A stretch of DNA of 64,000 nucleotides. Source: a virus. The translations under genes were made by a program, and so were the position numbers. This document shows, piece by piece, positions 18,590-27,276 of this stretch. Below the pieces are notes generated by a model. It was not told where the DNA came from, ran no database searches, and was given only the letters and a program-made list of their open reading frames with translations. The stretch spans positions 1-64,000 of IMG/VR virus record IMGVR_UViG_3300036766_000876. One strand, written 5' to 3'. Position 1 is the first letter of the stretch; every line of letters begins with the position of its first letter.

Positions 18590-18858
18590 CGCTTCCTCCG
18601 CTTCAGTGTCAGGGCCTCGCACGCGCGGAAGGCCGCGCGCTGGGCCGCCTGCCAGGTGCGGGCGCGGCCAACGGACATCCCCTCGTTGGCATCCATGGCG
18701 GACTGGGCCTTCACCCACTCGGTAGGATTCTCCACGCGCCAGCTCCACTCCTCCTTGTGGAACTTCCCATGGACGAGGACGCTGAAGTGCTTGTGCCCGA
18801 CCGTCACCGCGAGGTTGGAGACGCCGAACTGCACCTTGAGGCCGCTGCTCTTGCGCAT
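18586..18858 (-). CDS. Hypothetical protein
   Basis: MRKSSGLK... directly after a promoter motif. Confidence 0.55.
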   Translation of the reverse strand: MRKSSGLKVQFGVSNLAVTVGHKHFSVLVHGKFHKEEWSWRVENPTEWVKAQSAMDANEGMSVGRARTWQAAQRAAFRACEALTLKRRKR

Positions 18859-18867
18859 GCCCTCTCC

Positions 18868-18894
18868 CTTGCCCGGGCCCGCCCGCTTTTTCCC
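18868..18894 (-). promoter_or_regulatory. GGGAAAA-N13-GGGCAAG phage promoter motif
   Basis: Exact match, 9 nt upstream of ATG 18858. Confidence 0.7.
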
Positions 18895-21602
18895 TACCGG
18901 CTGAGGACGTCCATCCGGCCAGCCTCGACGCGCATGGAGCCGAGGCGGTGCCCCTCGCGGGCGAACCAGCTCGCCATGAGGGAGTCCCCGGTATGCGCTG
19001 CGGGCGCGTAGTAGAGCATCTCCTGGATCCACGTCGCGATTTCTGGATGGGCCGGCATCCCGCCTCGGGAGGGGATGATCCACTTCCGGCCGGCGAGCTC
19101 CGTCGCCATCGACTCGATGCCGAACTCCGGGTGCGCCTTGTTCCGCCCCGTGGTGAACGGCCTGATGGGGACGGCGAAAGCGCCCCTGGCGAACTGGACG
19201 ATGAAGTCCTGAGCGTTGTGAACGACGAAGTCCTCCACCGTGTAGCTCTCGTCCTCCTCGACGGTGAGGTTGAAGACGGCCCCTCCCTTGTTGTCGAGGA
19301 ACGGCGCCTCCTCCATGTCTGGCACCTTGCTCCAACCGTGGAGCCTCTCCAGTACGATGGTGCCGTTTGACTTGCGCCTCGTCTTGGCGGCATCGCTCTC
19401 GAACCAGCGCTTCCAACGTTCCGCCTCCGTCGGCGTTGTCATCCTCTTCCGCAAAGCGCTTGAGCCCTCGTGCGTGAGGGTGAGCAGGTTGAGCGGGCGC
19501 CGCGTCACGACTCGCCCCTCGATGCTGTCTGTCTTCCGGTCGCTGGCGCTGAGCGCCATCGGGATGCCGGCCTGCCCCAGCGTGCTCCGGACGAACATCA
19601 TCCAGTCCCTGGAGATGCTGCACCCAGACAGGAACCACTGCGGCCACTTCGTCGAGGCGTTGTTGGGGCGCGCGCAACCGTCCCCCATCAGCCAGCCGCG
19701 CACCAGCGCGAGGCGGAGCCTCAGTGGCCAGCCCATCCACTTGAGGGGCAGGCACTTCTTGGCGCCCGTCCCGATCCGGAGCGCGTTCGCGAGCTGCGTC
19801 GAGGAGACGACGACGCGCAGCGTGCCCCTGTCCGTTGGGCGCAGCGTCACCTTCCCCCTCACGAGCTTCCACACCTCTCGCTCCACGAGGGCCGCGAGGT
19901 ACGTCTCCTTCTTGCCGAACGTCCAGTACACCTGGCCGCGCGTGGCGTGCCCCTCCGCCATGAAGAGCCCCAGCACGAGGGCGAGGTCCTCCGTGACGGG
20001 CACCGTCTTCGCGGCGTCCCTGAGCGTCTCCGGCAGGTGGAACTGTGCCTTCAGGGCAGGCCAGCGGGGCAGCGCCACCGCCGCGTACGCCGGCTCATCG
20101 CGCACCCCGTAGGACACCCACTGCGCCGCCCCGACTGGCCGGTGGTGGCCCGTCGAGGAGCGCCCGGCCTTGCGGAGCCAGAACCAATGGTTGGGCGTCG
20201 TGACGACTGGCAAGCAACCCTTCGCCTGCGCCCTCACCGTCGTCTGGGCGGTGCCCTCATGCGTCCCGGTGACGGGGCGCCAGCGCCCCTTGTGCGTCCA
20301 GACGAGGTCCCCGAGCTGGACCTGCTCGATGGGCTTGTAGCCCTCGCTGGTGAGCACGCGAGTCCCTGGGGCGAAGCAGGCGTTGTTCTCCACCACGACG
20401 ATGGAGAGGAACCGGCGGTGGTGGTCGATGATGCGGGAGACAATCTCCGGCCCGCTCCACTTCCCCCGCTCGATGTTCAGCACCTCCCTGTCGTTGGTGT
20501 TGGGATGGACGGCGATGGTGAAGAGCACCGTCGAGTCGGAGCCATCCTTCTGCTGCACGGCGAGGTCCACTCCCGTGTACGTCTTGAAGCCCGGGGGGAG
20601 CTTGTCCATCCCGTAGCAGAGCTGCTTGCCCTCGCCACGCGCCAGGCAGACGTCGATCCACTCCTTCTTGAAGCGGGCCTCGTCGTCGGAGCGCGCCACG
20701 CAGAGGAGCTGTCGGGCGAACTCCAGTGGCCCCAGCGTCTCCCGGACGCGGGCGATGCGCTCTGGGGGCCAGCGCTCCGCCCACCTCGGAGTGCCGTCCT
20801 CCAGGAGCACCGGGTAGCGCATCGCCTTGAAGCCCGGCATGCGAGCCAGCCGGTGGAGGGCGTCGTCGGGGTGGAAGGCCGTGCCCACGACGAGGACGCG
20901 CCCCTTTGACGTGAGGCGGGAGAGGCAAGCCGCCTGGAGCCACGCGAAGCAGTCCTCCCTCCCCTGCGCGCTGCGGGTGTTCTCCACGTCGAGGAGGTCA
21001 TCCACGATGAGGAGGTCGAGCCGGGAGCCGAGGATGTTTCCGTGGACGCCGATGCCCTGGATGGAAGGGTCCTTCGAGATGCTCTGACGCTTCACCGTGA
21101 TGGCGCTCGTCGTCCACTGGTCCGAGCTGGGGCGGAGGTCCGGGAACACCGCGTGGAGCTCCGGGCTCGACTCGATGTACCGCTTGATGGAGCGGAGCAC
21201 CTTCTGGCTCTGCCCCGCCGTGTTGGAGACGATGCCGATGCGCAGACCCTTGTCCCGCCCGAGCTCGAAGAGCGTGCGGGCGATGCTGAGCTGGCTCGTC
21301 TTCCCGGACTCGATGGAGCTCCAGAGCATCAGCCTGTCGTTCTCGCTCGCCAGCTTGTGCCAGGCCCGGTGGACCTCCGCCTGCTCCAAGGGAAGGCCAG
21401 TCCGCTCGTCTCGCATGACGGTAGTGACGAAGCAGTTGATGTCCTCACGGGCGGCCTCCAGGAGGTTCTGCGTCAGGTAGGCGTCGGACTCGGCATCGAG
21501 CGGCACCTCCACGGCCAAGTCCAGGGCAGCAGGCTGCCCCGCCGGCCAAGCACTGAGGGTGGGGCCGCCGAAGAGGCTGGTTGGCGTTGGGGCGTTTGCC
21601 AT
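18894..21602 (-). CDS. terL: Terminase large subunit containing an intein
   Basis: Walker A SIESGKTS, Walker B LLIVDD, VGT coupling motif, nuclease GVDLA and HTGDSLMA. Confidence 0.9.
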   Translation of the reverse strand: MANAPTPTSLFGGPTLSAWPAGQPAALDLAVEVPLDAESDAYLTQNLLEAAREDINCFVTTVMRDERTGLPLEQAEVHRAWHKLASENDRLMLWSSIESGKTSQLSIARTLFELGRDKGLRIGIVSNTAGQSQKVLRSIKRYIESSPELHAVFPDLRPSSDQWTTSAITVKRQSISKDPSIQGIGVHGNILGSRLDLLIVDDLLDVENTRSAQGREDCFAWLQAACLSRLTSKGRVLVVGTAFHPDDALHRLARMPGFKAMRYPVLLEDGTPRWAERWPPERIARVRETLGPLEFARQLLCVARSDDEARFKKEWIDVCLARGEGKQLCYGMDKLPPGFKTYTGVDLAVQQKDGSDSTVLFTIAVHPNTNDREVLNIERGKWSGPEIVSRIIDHHRRFLSIVVVENNACFAPGTRVLTSEGYKPIEQVQLGDLVWTHKGRWRPVTGTHEGTAQTTVRAQAKGCLPVVTTPNHWFWLRKAGRSSTGHHRPVGAAQWVSYGVRDEPAYAAVALPRWPALKAQFHLPETLRDAAKTVPVTEDLALVLGLFMAEGHATRGQVYWTFGKKETYLAALVEREVWKLVRGKVTLRPTDRGTLRVVVSSTQLANALRIGTGAKKCLPLKWMGWPLRLRLALVRGWLMGDGCARPNNASTKWPQWFLSGCSISRDWMMFVRSTLGQAGIPMALSASDRKTDSIEGRVVTRRPLNLLTLTHEGSSALRKRMTTPTEAERWKRWFESDAAKTRRKSNGTIVLERLHGWSKVPDMEEAPFLDNKGGAVFNLTVEEDESYTVEDFVVHNAQDFIVQFARGAFAVPIRPFTTGRNKAHPEFGIESMATELAGRKWIIPSRGGMPAHPEIATWIQEMLYYAPAAHTGDSLMASWFAREGHRLGSMRVEAGRMDVLSR
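19215..20378 (-). mobile_element. 388-aa intein with LAGLIDADG homing endonuclease
   Basis: Starts CFAPGTRVLT; block B TTPNH; LGLFMAEG and RGWLMGDG; ends VFNLTVEEDESY...VVHN; +1 residue is Ala. Confidence 0.92.
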
Positions 21603-21605
21603 GGC

Positions 21606-22601
21606 CTACTTGCTTTCTGTTGGTGAGAGGGCTATCGCGGGCGAGCCCGCGACGCTGCTGGAGCCGCCGGCCCCTCCCGCCACCATGCGCATCCCCTGGG
21701 CAGCCGCCCGGGCAGTGGCCTCCGCCCGCTTGTCCTCCAGATGGCGCTGGATGGCCCTGAGCTTGATTTCCTTCTCCTCCAGGCCTCCATCCACGGTGGT
21801 GATGCCCAGCACCTCTGTCGGCTGGCCCATGCGCAGGCGCTCTCCCTGGAGCGCGAGGATGAGGCTCTTCTCCGCGGCCTCCACCAGGCGAATCATCTCC
21901 CGGGCCATCCGCAGCGCCTGTTGTGGGCTCAGCTTGGAGAGGTCCCCCATGGCCGTGCGGAGCTGACTGGCGATGAGCTGGGCATCCTTCAGGATGAGCG
22001 CAGCGATGGCGGTGGCGCCCAGGGCCGCCTTCCGGCCGAACTTCGCAGCCTGGGCCTCGTCCGCCATCGTCTCCGCGGCGTCCACCTTGGCCCGCCGGAG
22101 GAGGTCCGCCAGGCGCATCTTGGCCTGCGTCTCAGCGTTGCCCATGGTGGCCATGGCCACGGCTTCCGCGTCGGCAAGCTTCTTCAGGCTCAGGGCCTCC
22201 ACCTCCGCCAGGCGCTTCTCCGCCTCCGCCATGAGGCTGATGGCGCGCTTCTCCGCCGCCTCAGCCTTCTCCGCGGCGTTGACGAGCATCAGCTCGGCGG
22301 TGGCCGTCCCTACGGAGGCCTCCGTCATGGAGTCCTTGATGATGTCCGCGGCCGCGATCGCACTCAGCCCCTCGGAGCCGAAGCCCTCCCGGGCCGCCCT
22401 GGCGAAGAGCTGCTCCTTGTGGATGAGCTCCTTGATGGCGATGCACCCGTCGATGCTCTTCCAGCCCGTGTGCCAGAGGCCGGACACCGTCTCCCGGTTG
22501 AGGCCCGTCACCTTGGCCACCTTGGAGAACTTCGGCCCGTATTGCCGCAGGTAGTGGACAGCCGAGTCGTACAGCGCCTTTGTCCGTTTGATTCCGGCCA
22601 C
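21606..22601 (-). CDS. Putative terminase small subunit
   Basis: Immediately upstream of TerL; N-terminal HTH (FSKVAKVTGLNRETVSGLW) and long helical region. Confidence 0.55.
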   Translation of the reverse strand: MAGIKRTKALYDSAVHYLRQYGPKFSKVAKVTGLNRETVSGLWHTGWKSIDGCIAIKELIHKEQLFARAAREGFGSEGLSAIAAADIIKDSMTEASVGTATAELMLVNAAEKAEAAEKRAISLMAEAEKRLAEVEALSLKKLADAEAVAMATMGNAETQAKMRLADLLRRAKVDAAETMADEAQAAKFGRKAALGATAIAALILKDAQLIASQLRTAMGDLSKLSPQQALRMAREMIRLVEAAEKSLILALQGERLRMGQPTEVLGITTVDGGLEEKEIKLRAIQRHLEDKRAEATARAAAQGMRMVAGGAGGSSSVAGSPAIALSPTESK

Positions 22602-22828
22602 TTGCGTCCCTTCCCTAATGCCGCAGGCCTGGTTGGCCTACCCGAGTGAAGCCCCGTGGAGGGTCCCCAAATGCCGCAGGGCACCTCGCCTGCGGCATTC
22701 CTTAACACGGTCCAGCCCCGAGTCGAGAGCCCCCGGAGGCACCTGCGGCATTAGGAGCGGCATTCGGATGCCCAAGCGCGGCCGGCCAGACACGGCTGGA
22801 TGGCTAATGCCGCAGGTGATGCCGCAGC
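22541..22828. repeat. Cluster of direct and inverted AATGCCGCAGG repeats (candidate pac/TerS-binding region)
   Basis: Perfect copies at 22617, 22670, 22806 (+) and 22689, 22742 (inverted); partial copies at 22541, 22757, 22818. Confidence 0.75.
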
Positions 22829-22871
22829 CGGCCCAGGGGGCCTAGAAGGCCCCGAGACGGGCGCAGAGGCT

Positions 22872-23210
22872 TCAGGGTGGGGAAGGGCTGGGTTGCCCCG
22901 CGCTCAGCCTGTAGGCGGCATCCCTGGCAGCGAGGAGGGCATCGGCTGCGTTCAGCGCCTCCTCCAAAGTCGGGAACTGCTCGTCAGCGACATTCATGAC
23001 GCCGGGCTTGCCGCTCCGCATCACGGAAGCCCCGTGGCCCGGGCTGCCTTCATGGACGTAGGCGCAGAGCTTGGTGTGGGTACCCCCAAAGGGTGTGCGC
23101 TCCAACCAGATGAAGCCCTCCCAGAGCCGGGTGCCTTGAGCCGCCTTCACGCACAGCCACCTTGCGCCGGAGGGACCGACCCAGCCGTCGTCAGGGCCAG
23201 TCCGCCTCAT
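22872..23210 (-). CDS. Small protein with C-terminal RL tag
   Basis: ...AARDAAYRLSAG. Confidence 0.55.
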   Translation of the reverse strand: MRRTGPDDGWVGPSGARWLCVKAAQGTRLWEGFIWLERTPFGGTHTKLCAYVHEGSPGHGASVMRSGKPGVMNVADEQFPTLEEALNAADALLAARDAAYRLSAGQPSPSPP

Positions 23211-23557
23211 CGCTGGTCCCGGCTCCCTGTCAGACGCCTGGCTGCCTCACCGGCCCGGAGCTCTGCCTCAGCAGCGTCCAGGGCCTCCCCGCGACTCTTG
23301 TACCTCCGGCGCAGGTAGTCAGAGGCGGAAGCCATCCTGTAGCGCGCCCGCCGGAGGGGTAGGTTGGCGGCCTGCCCTACGGTGAGGACGCACCACTTGC
23401 CCCGGGGGAGCAGGACAACGTACCGGCGCCAGTTGATGAGGCCGCTGATGAGCTCCACCATCCAGACCTCATCTGAGTCGATGTCGTTGTCCTCCAGGCG
23501 TCGCCGGGTCGGCTCCCGGCTCGTCTCGTAGACGGGGTGAATCACCCGAGCCTCCAT
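23207..23557 (-). CDS. Small protein with C-terminal RL-G tag
   Basis: ...AGEAARRLTGS. Confidence 0.55.
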   Translation of the reverse strand: MEARVIHPVYETSREPTRRRLEDNDIDSDEVWMVELISGLINWRRYVVLLPRGKWCVLTVGQAANLPLRRARYRMASASDYLRRRYKSRGEALDAAEAELRAGEAARRLTGSRDQR

Positions 23558-23829
23558 GCCGCGGCCATGGCACGGAGCCAGACCTCAGCAGCCTGGAAGG
23601 CCTCCTCCTTGGTGGAGAACAGAGGGAGCCCCGCCACCCTGTTGGCCCTCACGCGCTTCTTGTCCGCCAGCACGGCCCAACTGGGCGCTGGAGCGCTTGG
23701 AGGGCCAAGCCTGCTGCGGACCCACGCCAGGTAGATGTTGGTCCCATGAGCGCCGCGAGGCTCCCTCAGCTCCACCACCCACGTCTCGGGCTGGTACCCG
23801 TCCAGGAGTGCGTAGTGGACGGCGCTCAC
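23542..23829 (-). CDS. Small protein with C-terminal RL-G tag
   Basis: ...AMAAAWRLG*. Confidence 0.55.
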   Translation of the reverse strand: MSAVHYALLDGYQPETWVVELREPRGAHGTNIYLAWVRSRLGPPSAPAPSWAVLADKKRVRANRVAGLPLFSTKEEAFQAAEVWLRAMAAAWRLG

Positions 23830-24122
23830 GGCCAGCGAGCCCCGAGGCGCAGGCTGGCATCGCAGACGACGAGGAGGTCCTTGGCGGCCTCGACGGCCTC
23901 CGCCTCGGTCGCCAGCGCCGTGTAGGAGAGGCGCACCCAGCGGCCGTCCCCGAGGTCCACGTCGTGCGGAGCGCAGTCCACCAGCCACCGGCCATCGTAC
24001 ATCTGGAGGACGCTGCGGTGGAGGTTGCCAAGGCTCAGCAGGACCATCCTCCGCTTGGAGCCCGGCGAGTCCCCCGCCAAAGGCTTCCCCTCCGACACGA
24101 CGACGCTCCGCTGGCCGCTCAC
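23826..24122 (-). CDS. Small protein with C-terminal RL-G tag
   Basis: ...VCDASLRLGARWP*. Confidence 0.55.
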   Translation of the reverse strand: MSGQRSVVVSEGKPLAGDSPGSKRRMVLLSLGNLHRSVLQMYDGRWLVDCAPHDVDLGDGRWVRLSYTALATEAEAVEAAKDLLVVCDASLRLGARWP

Positions 24123-24454
24123 AGGATGCCCAACAGCCGGCGCGATGCGTCCTGCTTCACCCACTCGGACAAGGCGCGGAGGGCTGCCTTGCTGAAGCCG
24201 TCGTACGCGCCCAAGTGCCGGCCGCCGCCCCACTGGTCGTGGTCGAACACGGTCAGCTCCCAGTGCATGCCAACCTTCTGCATGGCGACGTAGTGCTTGG
24301 CCCTCCCGTGGCGAACCCCGTCGTCGAGCTGGACGAGCTCCCACTGCCCGATGCGCTGGCAGACGAGGTCCGCCCCAGAGGCCTTGAGCGCCTCGATGAG
24401 GGCCCCTGCGCCCGGGGAGAGCATATCCGCTGGTACGTCGAAGATGGATGTCAC
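24119..24454 (-). CDS. Small protein with C-terminal RL-G tag
   Basis: ...KQDASRRLLGIL*. Confidence 0.6.
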   Translation of the reverse strand: MTSIFDVPADMLSPGAGALIEALKASGADLVCQRIGQWELVQLDDGVRHGRAKHYVAMQKVGMHWELTVFDHDQWGGGRHLGAYDGFSKAALRALSEWVKQDASRRLLGIL

Positions 24455-24849
24455 GTCCCGGCCCCAAGCCGGAGCCCGGCCTCAGCGATGAGGAACTCCC
24501 TGGAGAGCTCCCGGAGGACGTCCGCCGCGAAGGAACAGGGGATGCCGCTGACGGTCATGTGGGTGGCGCCGAAGCTGCTGGGCTCCGCGAAGGCCTCCAT
24601 CATGACGTGGACGCGCGCAGACGGGAGGGCCGACAAGGGGAGCGGCTTGTCCGAATCCACCATCAGGAGGAGCGTCACCGTTGCCTGGACGCCGAACCGG
24701 GGCCCCGGGCGGACCTCCAGCGTGACATGGAGCCTCCCGTGGTAGGGCGCCGCCGCGTCGTTGACGAGAGGGAGCAGCCAGTCGTTGAAGGCGCCTGCAT
24801 GGCGCTCCTCCAGGCTCTCCGCCAGAGAGCGGTTTCGCGTGGCGGTCAT
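24451..24849 (-). CDS. Small protein with C-terminal RL-G tag
   Basis: ...IAEAGLRLGAGT*. Confidence 0.55.
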   Translation of the reverse strand: MTATRNRSLAESLEERHAGAFNDWLLPLVNDAAAPYHGRLHVTLEVRPGPRFGVQATVTLLLMVDSDKPLPLSALPSARVHVMMEAFAEPSSFGATHMTVSGIPCSFAADVLRELSREFLIAEAGLRLGAGT

Positions 24850-25208
24850 GCTCCACCCCCGAGTCGAAGCTCCGCCTCGATGGCGCTGAGCTGCTGGCGG
24901 ACGAAGACGTCGAGCCCCTCCGGGCTGGTGGCCTTCCAAATCTGGGCACCCCTGGCGACGAAGCCATCCCCGGACTGCAAGGAGCCAACGAGGAGCGTTC
25001 GCTGGCCCATGTTGGGAAGGCTCACCGACTGCCCTGGGAAGTGCGTCGGCTTCAAGCCCACCACGAGCTGGTGGCAAGTCCCAAACAGCTTCGCGTCCAC
25101 GATGAGCGCAATGTCCGTGTCAGGACCAGGGCCCGTCCTGGCGAGGGCGGTCGTAATTGAGAGGGCCGGGTGAAGCTCCCGGAGGTGGTCCCAGCGCCAG
25201 GTCCACAT
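24846..25208 (-). CDS. Small protein with C-terminal RL-G tag
   Basis: ...AIEAELRLGGGA*. Confidence 0.55.
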   Translation of the reverse strand: MWTWRWDHLRELHPALSITTALARTGPGPDTDIALIVDAKLFGTCHQLVVGLKPTHFPGQSVSLPNMGQRTLLVGSLQSGDGFVARGAQIWKATSPEGLDVFVRQQLSAIEAELRLGGGA

Positions 25209-25942
25209 CAGAAGGCCCCCTGGTTGGCCGCATGGGAGAAGTGCCGAGGCCTGTCGCGGAACTCTCGCCAGGAGTGCTCCCCAAGGAGCCTGTTGGCCGC
25301 GTCCTGGGCGAGCACCTCCCTGGCGAGCGCCAACACCACCGGGCAGAAGCGGTACGGGGTGCGCTCCGCCCCCTCGCAGACGGGGATGTGAGGCCACCCC
25401 ACCATCGCCTTCCAGAGCCCGTCGTGGTCGAGCCCGAGGAGGTCCTGCGCCTGCCCCTGGCTGAGCGTCTCTCCCTTGGGCTCCGCCCGCATCTGGAAGC
25501 GGATGCTCTCGAAGCCTGTTGTGTAATTCCTGGACCGCATGTGAAGGAGCTCGGAGCCTTCCCACAGCGGGAGCGGTGCCTCCTTCGAGCAGCGGGCGCA
25601 GAGCCACTTCCCACCGAGCTTGATGGTCGGCTTCCCACGGCAGCGCCGGTAGTCCCGCGGGCGGGCCTTGAGGAAGGCGAGCAGCGGGCCGGTACCCCGA
25701 GCCCTCGGCTTGACGGGGTAGAGCTGCCGGTTGGCGCACTTGGGGAACGGCTCAAAGGCGAGCTCGAAGCGTTCGTCGGTGGCCGGCCAGCCGTTGTAGA
25801 CGCTGTACGCCGGGAAGAGCCGCTCACCCTTGAACTCGCGCGCCTTCGACTCCTCGGGCAGGGCCGCCTGGATGGCGGTGGCAAGCCCGTCACGCCAGGC
25901 CTTCACCATCGCACGCTTGCGGTACCCGCGGAGCCACGTCAT
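25208..25942 (-). CDS. Hypothetical protein with RL-G tag
   Basis: ...AQDAANRLLGE... Confidence 0.55.
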   Translation of the reverse strand: MTWLRGYRKRAMVKAWRDGLATAIQAALPEESKAREFKGERLFPAYSVYNGWPATDERFELAFEPFPKCANRQLYPVKPRARGTGPLLAFLKARPRDYRRCRGKPTIKLGGKWLCARCSKEAPLPLWEGSELLHMRSRNYTTGFESIRFQMRAEPKGETLSQGQAQDLLGLDHDGLWKAMVGWPHIPVCEGAERTPYRFCPVVLALAREVLAQDAANRLLGEHSWREFRDRPRHFSHAANQGAF

Positions 25943-26415
25943 CGCTTCCACCAGAGGAAGACGGAGCCGAACTCGGGCTGGCCCTGCTTCTTCGCCAGGA
26001 GGTCCCCGGGCTTCCCGTACTGGAGGCGTGCCGGGAGGAAGCGAACATGCAGTGGGGAGCCAGGCCTGTCGCGGAACGGCTCGACGTGCTCGTGCCACCA
26101 GGCGAGGTCCGTCCGCGTCGCGGGGAGGAGCATCCCGATGACCTTCACCACGCGGCGCCTGCGCCTCCACTCACTCCAGGCCTTCTTCACCCAGGGGCCC
26201 ACGTTGCTCCAGGGAGGGTTGCACCAGACGCGCCCCCACCAGGAATGGAGGAGCCCGTTGTCGGCCTTGGTGAGGTACTTCGGGGCGAGGTGCGCCTCCA
26301 GGCAGGCCGCCACGTCGAGGTCCCACGCCTTCACGCCGGCAGCGGCGTTGCAGAGCAGCTTGACGTGCTCCAGCGTGTAGCGCTCGTCGGTGTCGAGGTC
26401 CGCGATGCCCACCAC
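25939..26415 (-). CDS. DNA N6-adenine methyltransferase (phage Dam-like family); start uncertain
   Basis: DLDVAA, DNGLLHSW, VWCNPPWS, MLLPATRTDLAWWH. Confidence 0.85.
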   Translation of the reverse strand: MVGIADLDTDERYTLEHVKLLCNAAAGVKAWDLDVAACLEAHLAPKYLTKADNGLLHSWWGRVWCNPPWSNVGPWVKKAWSEWRRRRRVVKVIGMLLPATRTDLAWWHEHVEPFRDRPGSPLHVRFLPARLQYGKPGDLLAKKQGQPEFGSVFLWWKR

Positions 26416-26464
26416 CTCCGGGAAGGCTTCGAGCTGACCCGTCAGGGCCCACCGGAGACTCCGC

Positions 26465-26701
26465 TCAGCCGCCGATGAGGCGGGTGACGGCCTCTTGGGC
26501 GAGGGCCGCCTCGACGTCTGAGCGGCGGTAGTAGATGGCGACGTGCGAGCCATCCCTCACCAACCTCCGTTCGAGGCCAATCTGGAGGTAGTCGCTGGCG
26601 TGGCGCCTGTCGGCCAGGGAGTTGAGCGACATAGCGAGCTCGTCCGGATCGACGGAGTGCTCCATCGCTGCCTGCTCCACGCTGACCCAGGAGTCGTCCA
26701 C
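26465..26701 (-). CDS. Small HTH-like protein with C-terminal RL-GG tag
   Basis: ...AQEAVTRLIGG*. Confidence 0.55.
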   Translation of the reverse strand: MDDSWVSVEQAAMEHSVDPDELAMSLNSLADRRHASDYLQIGLERRLVRDGSHVAIYYRRSDVEAALAQEAVTRLIGG

Positions 26702-26712
26702 ACGCCCTCCCC

Positions 26713-26739
26713 CTTGCCCCGGCCGGCCTACTTTTTCCC
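26713..26739 (-). promoter_or_regulatory. GGGAAAA-N13-GGGCAAG phage promoter motif
   Basis: Exact match upstream of GTG 26701. Confidence 0.7.
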
Positions 26740-27276
26740 GAGGAGCCTGACCTCCAACACCTCAAGCAGCGACTCGGGCGGTAGCACGGCCACCAATTCC
26801 AGCCTGTCCTCCTCCGGGAAGCCATCGAAGAAATTACGCGCCTTGGTGACGCGCCCTTTCACCCACGTTGGGTTCTGGAGCTCCGTCCCGGCGACTGCCG
26901 CGCGCTCCGCTCGACGCTTCTCCCCGAGGCCTGGAGGGAGCGAGACGAGGGCGCACACCTGGCGGACTCCGGTGTTGCCAAAGAAGGTGCGTGCAGTGCT
27001 GTTGCTGAAGCGGTCCCCATCGAGCACCGTCAGCAGAGCCTTCTGGTAGAGCACCTCCCGCCAGAAGCCCAGCGCCACGTCCACGCCGTTGTAGGGCACG
27101 GTGTCCGCACCATCGAACGCCGCGCCTGTGTAGTGCCCGGCAGCGACCACTCGGGGACCGATGGTCCACTTCGGCTTCGCCTGGAGGCGCACTTCCGCGT
27201 CGAGGAGCCCGCGGGCCAGCGTCGTCTTGCCTGAGCCGGGCTCCCCCACCAGCCAGAGGACAGTCCCCCGGTTCAC
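26728..27276 (-). CDS. P-loop nucleotide kinase of the DNA-modification cluster
   Basis: GEPGSGKTT, GHY...FDGADT, DGDRF, QNPTWVKGR. Confidence 0.75.
   Translation of the reverse strand: MNRGTVLWLVGEPGSGKTTLARGLLDAEVRLQAKPKWTIGPRVVAAGHYTGAAFDGADTVPYNGVDVALGFWREVLYQKALLTVLDGDRFSNSTARTFFGNTGVRQVCALVSLPPGLGEKRRAERAAVAGTELQNPTWVKGRVTKARNFFDGFPEEDRLELVAVLPPESLLEVLEVRLLGKK

Noticed and set aside
22541-22828. Mini-CRISPR array
   Set aside because: Repeats are only 11 bp, in mixed orientation and irregularly spaced.
12259-26701. RL-G tag as a by-product of SD sequences for the next gene
   Set aside because: Codon usage varies and the distance to the next start ranges from about 0 to over 100 nt; only the Gly may be partly SD-driven.
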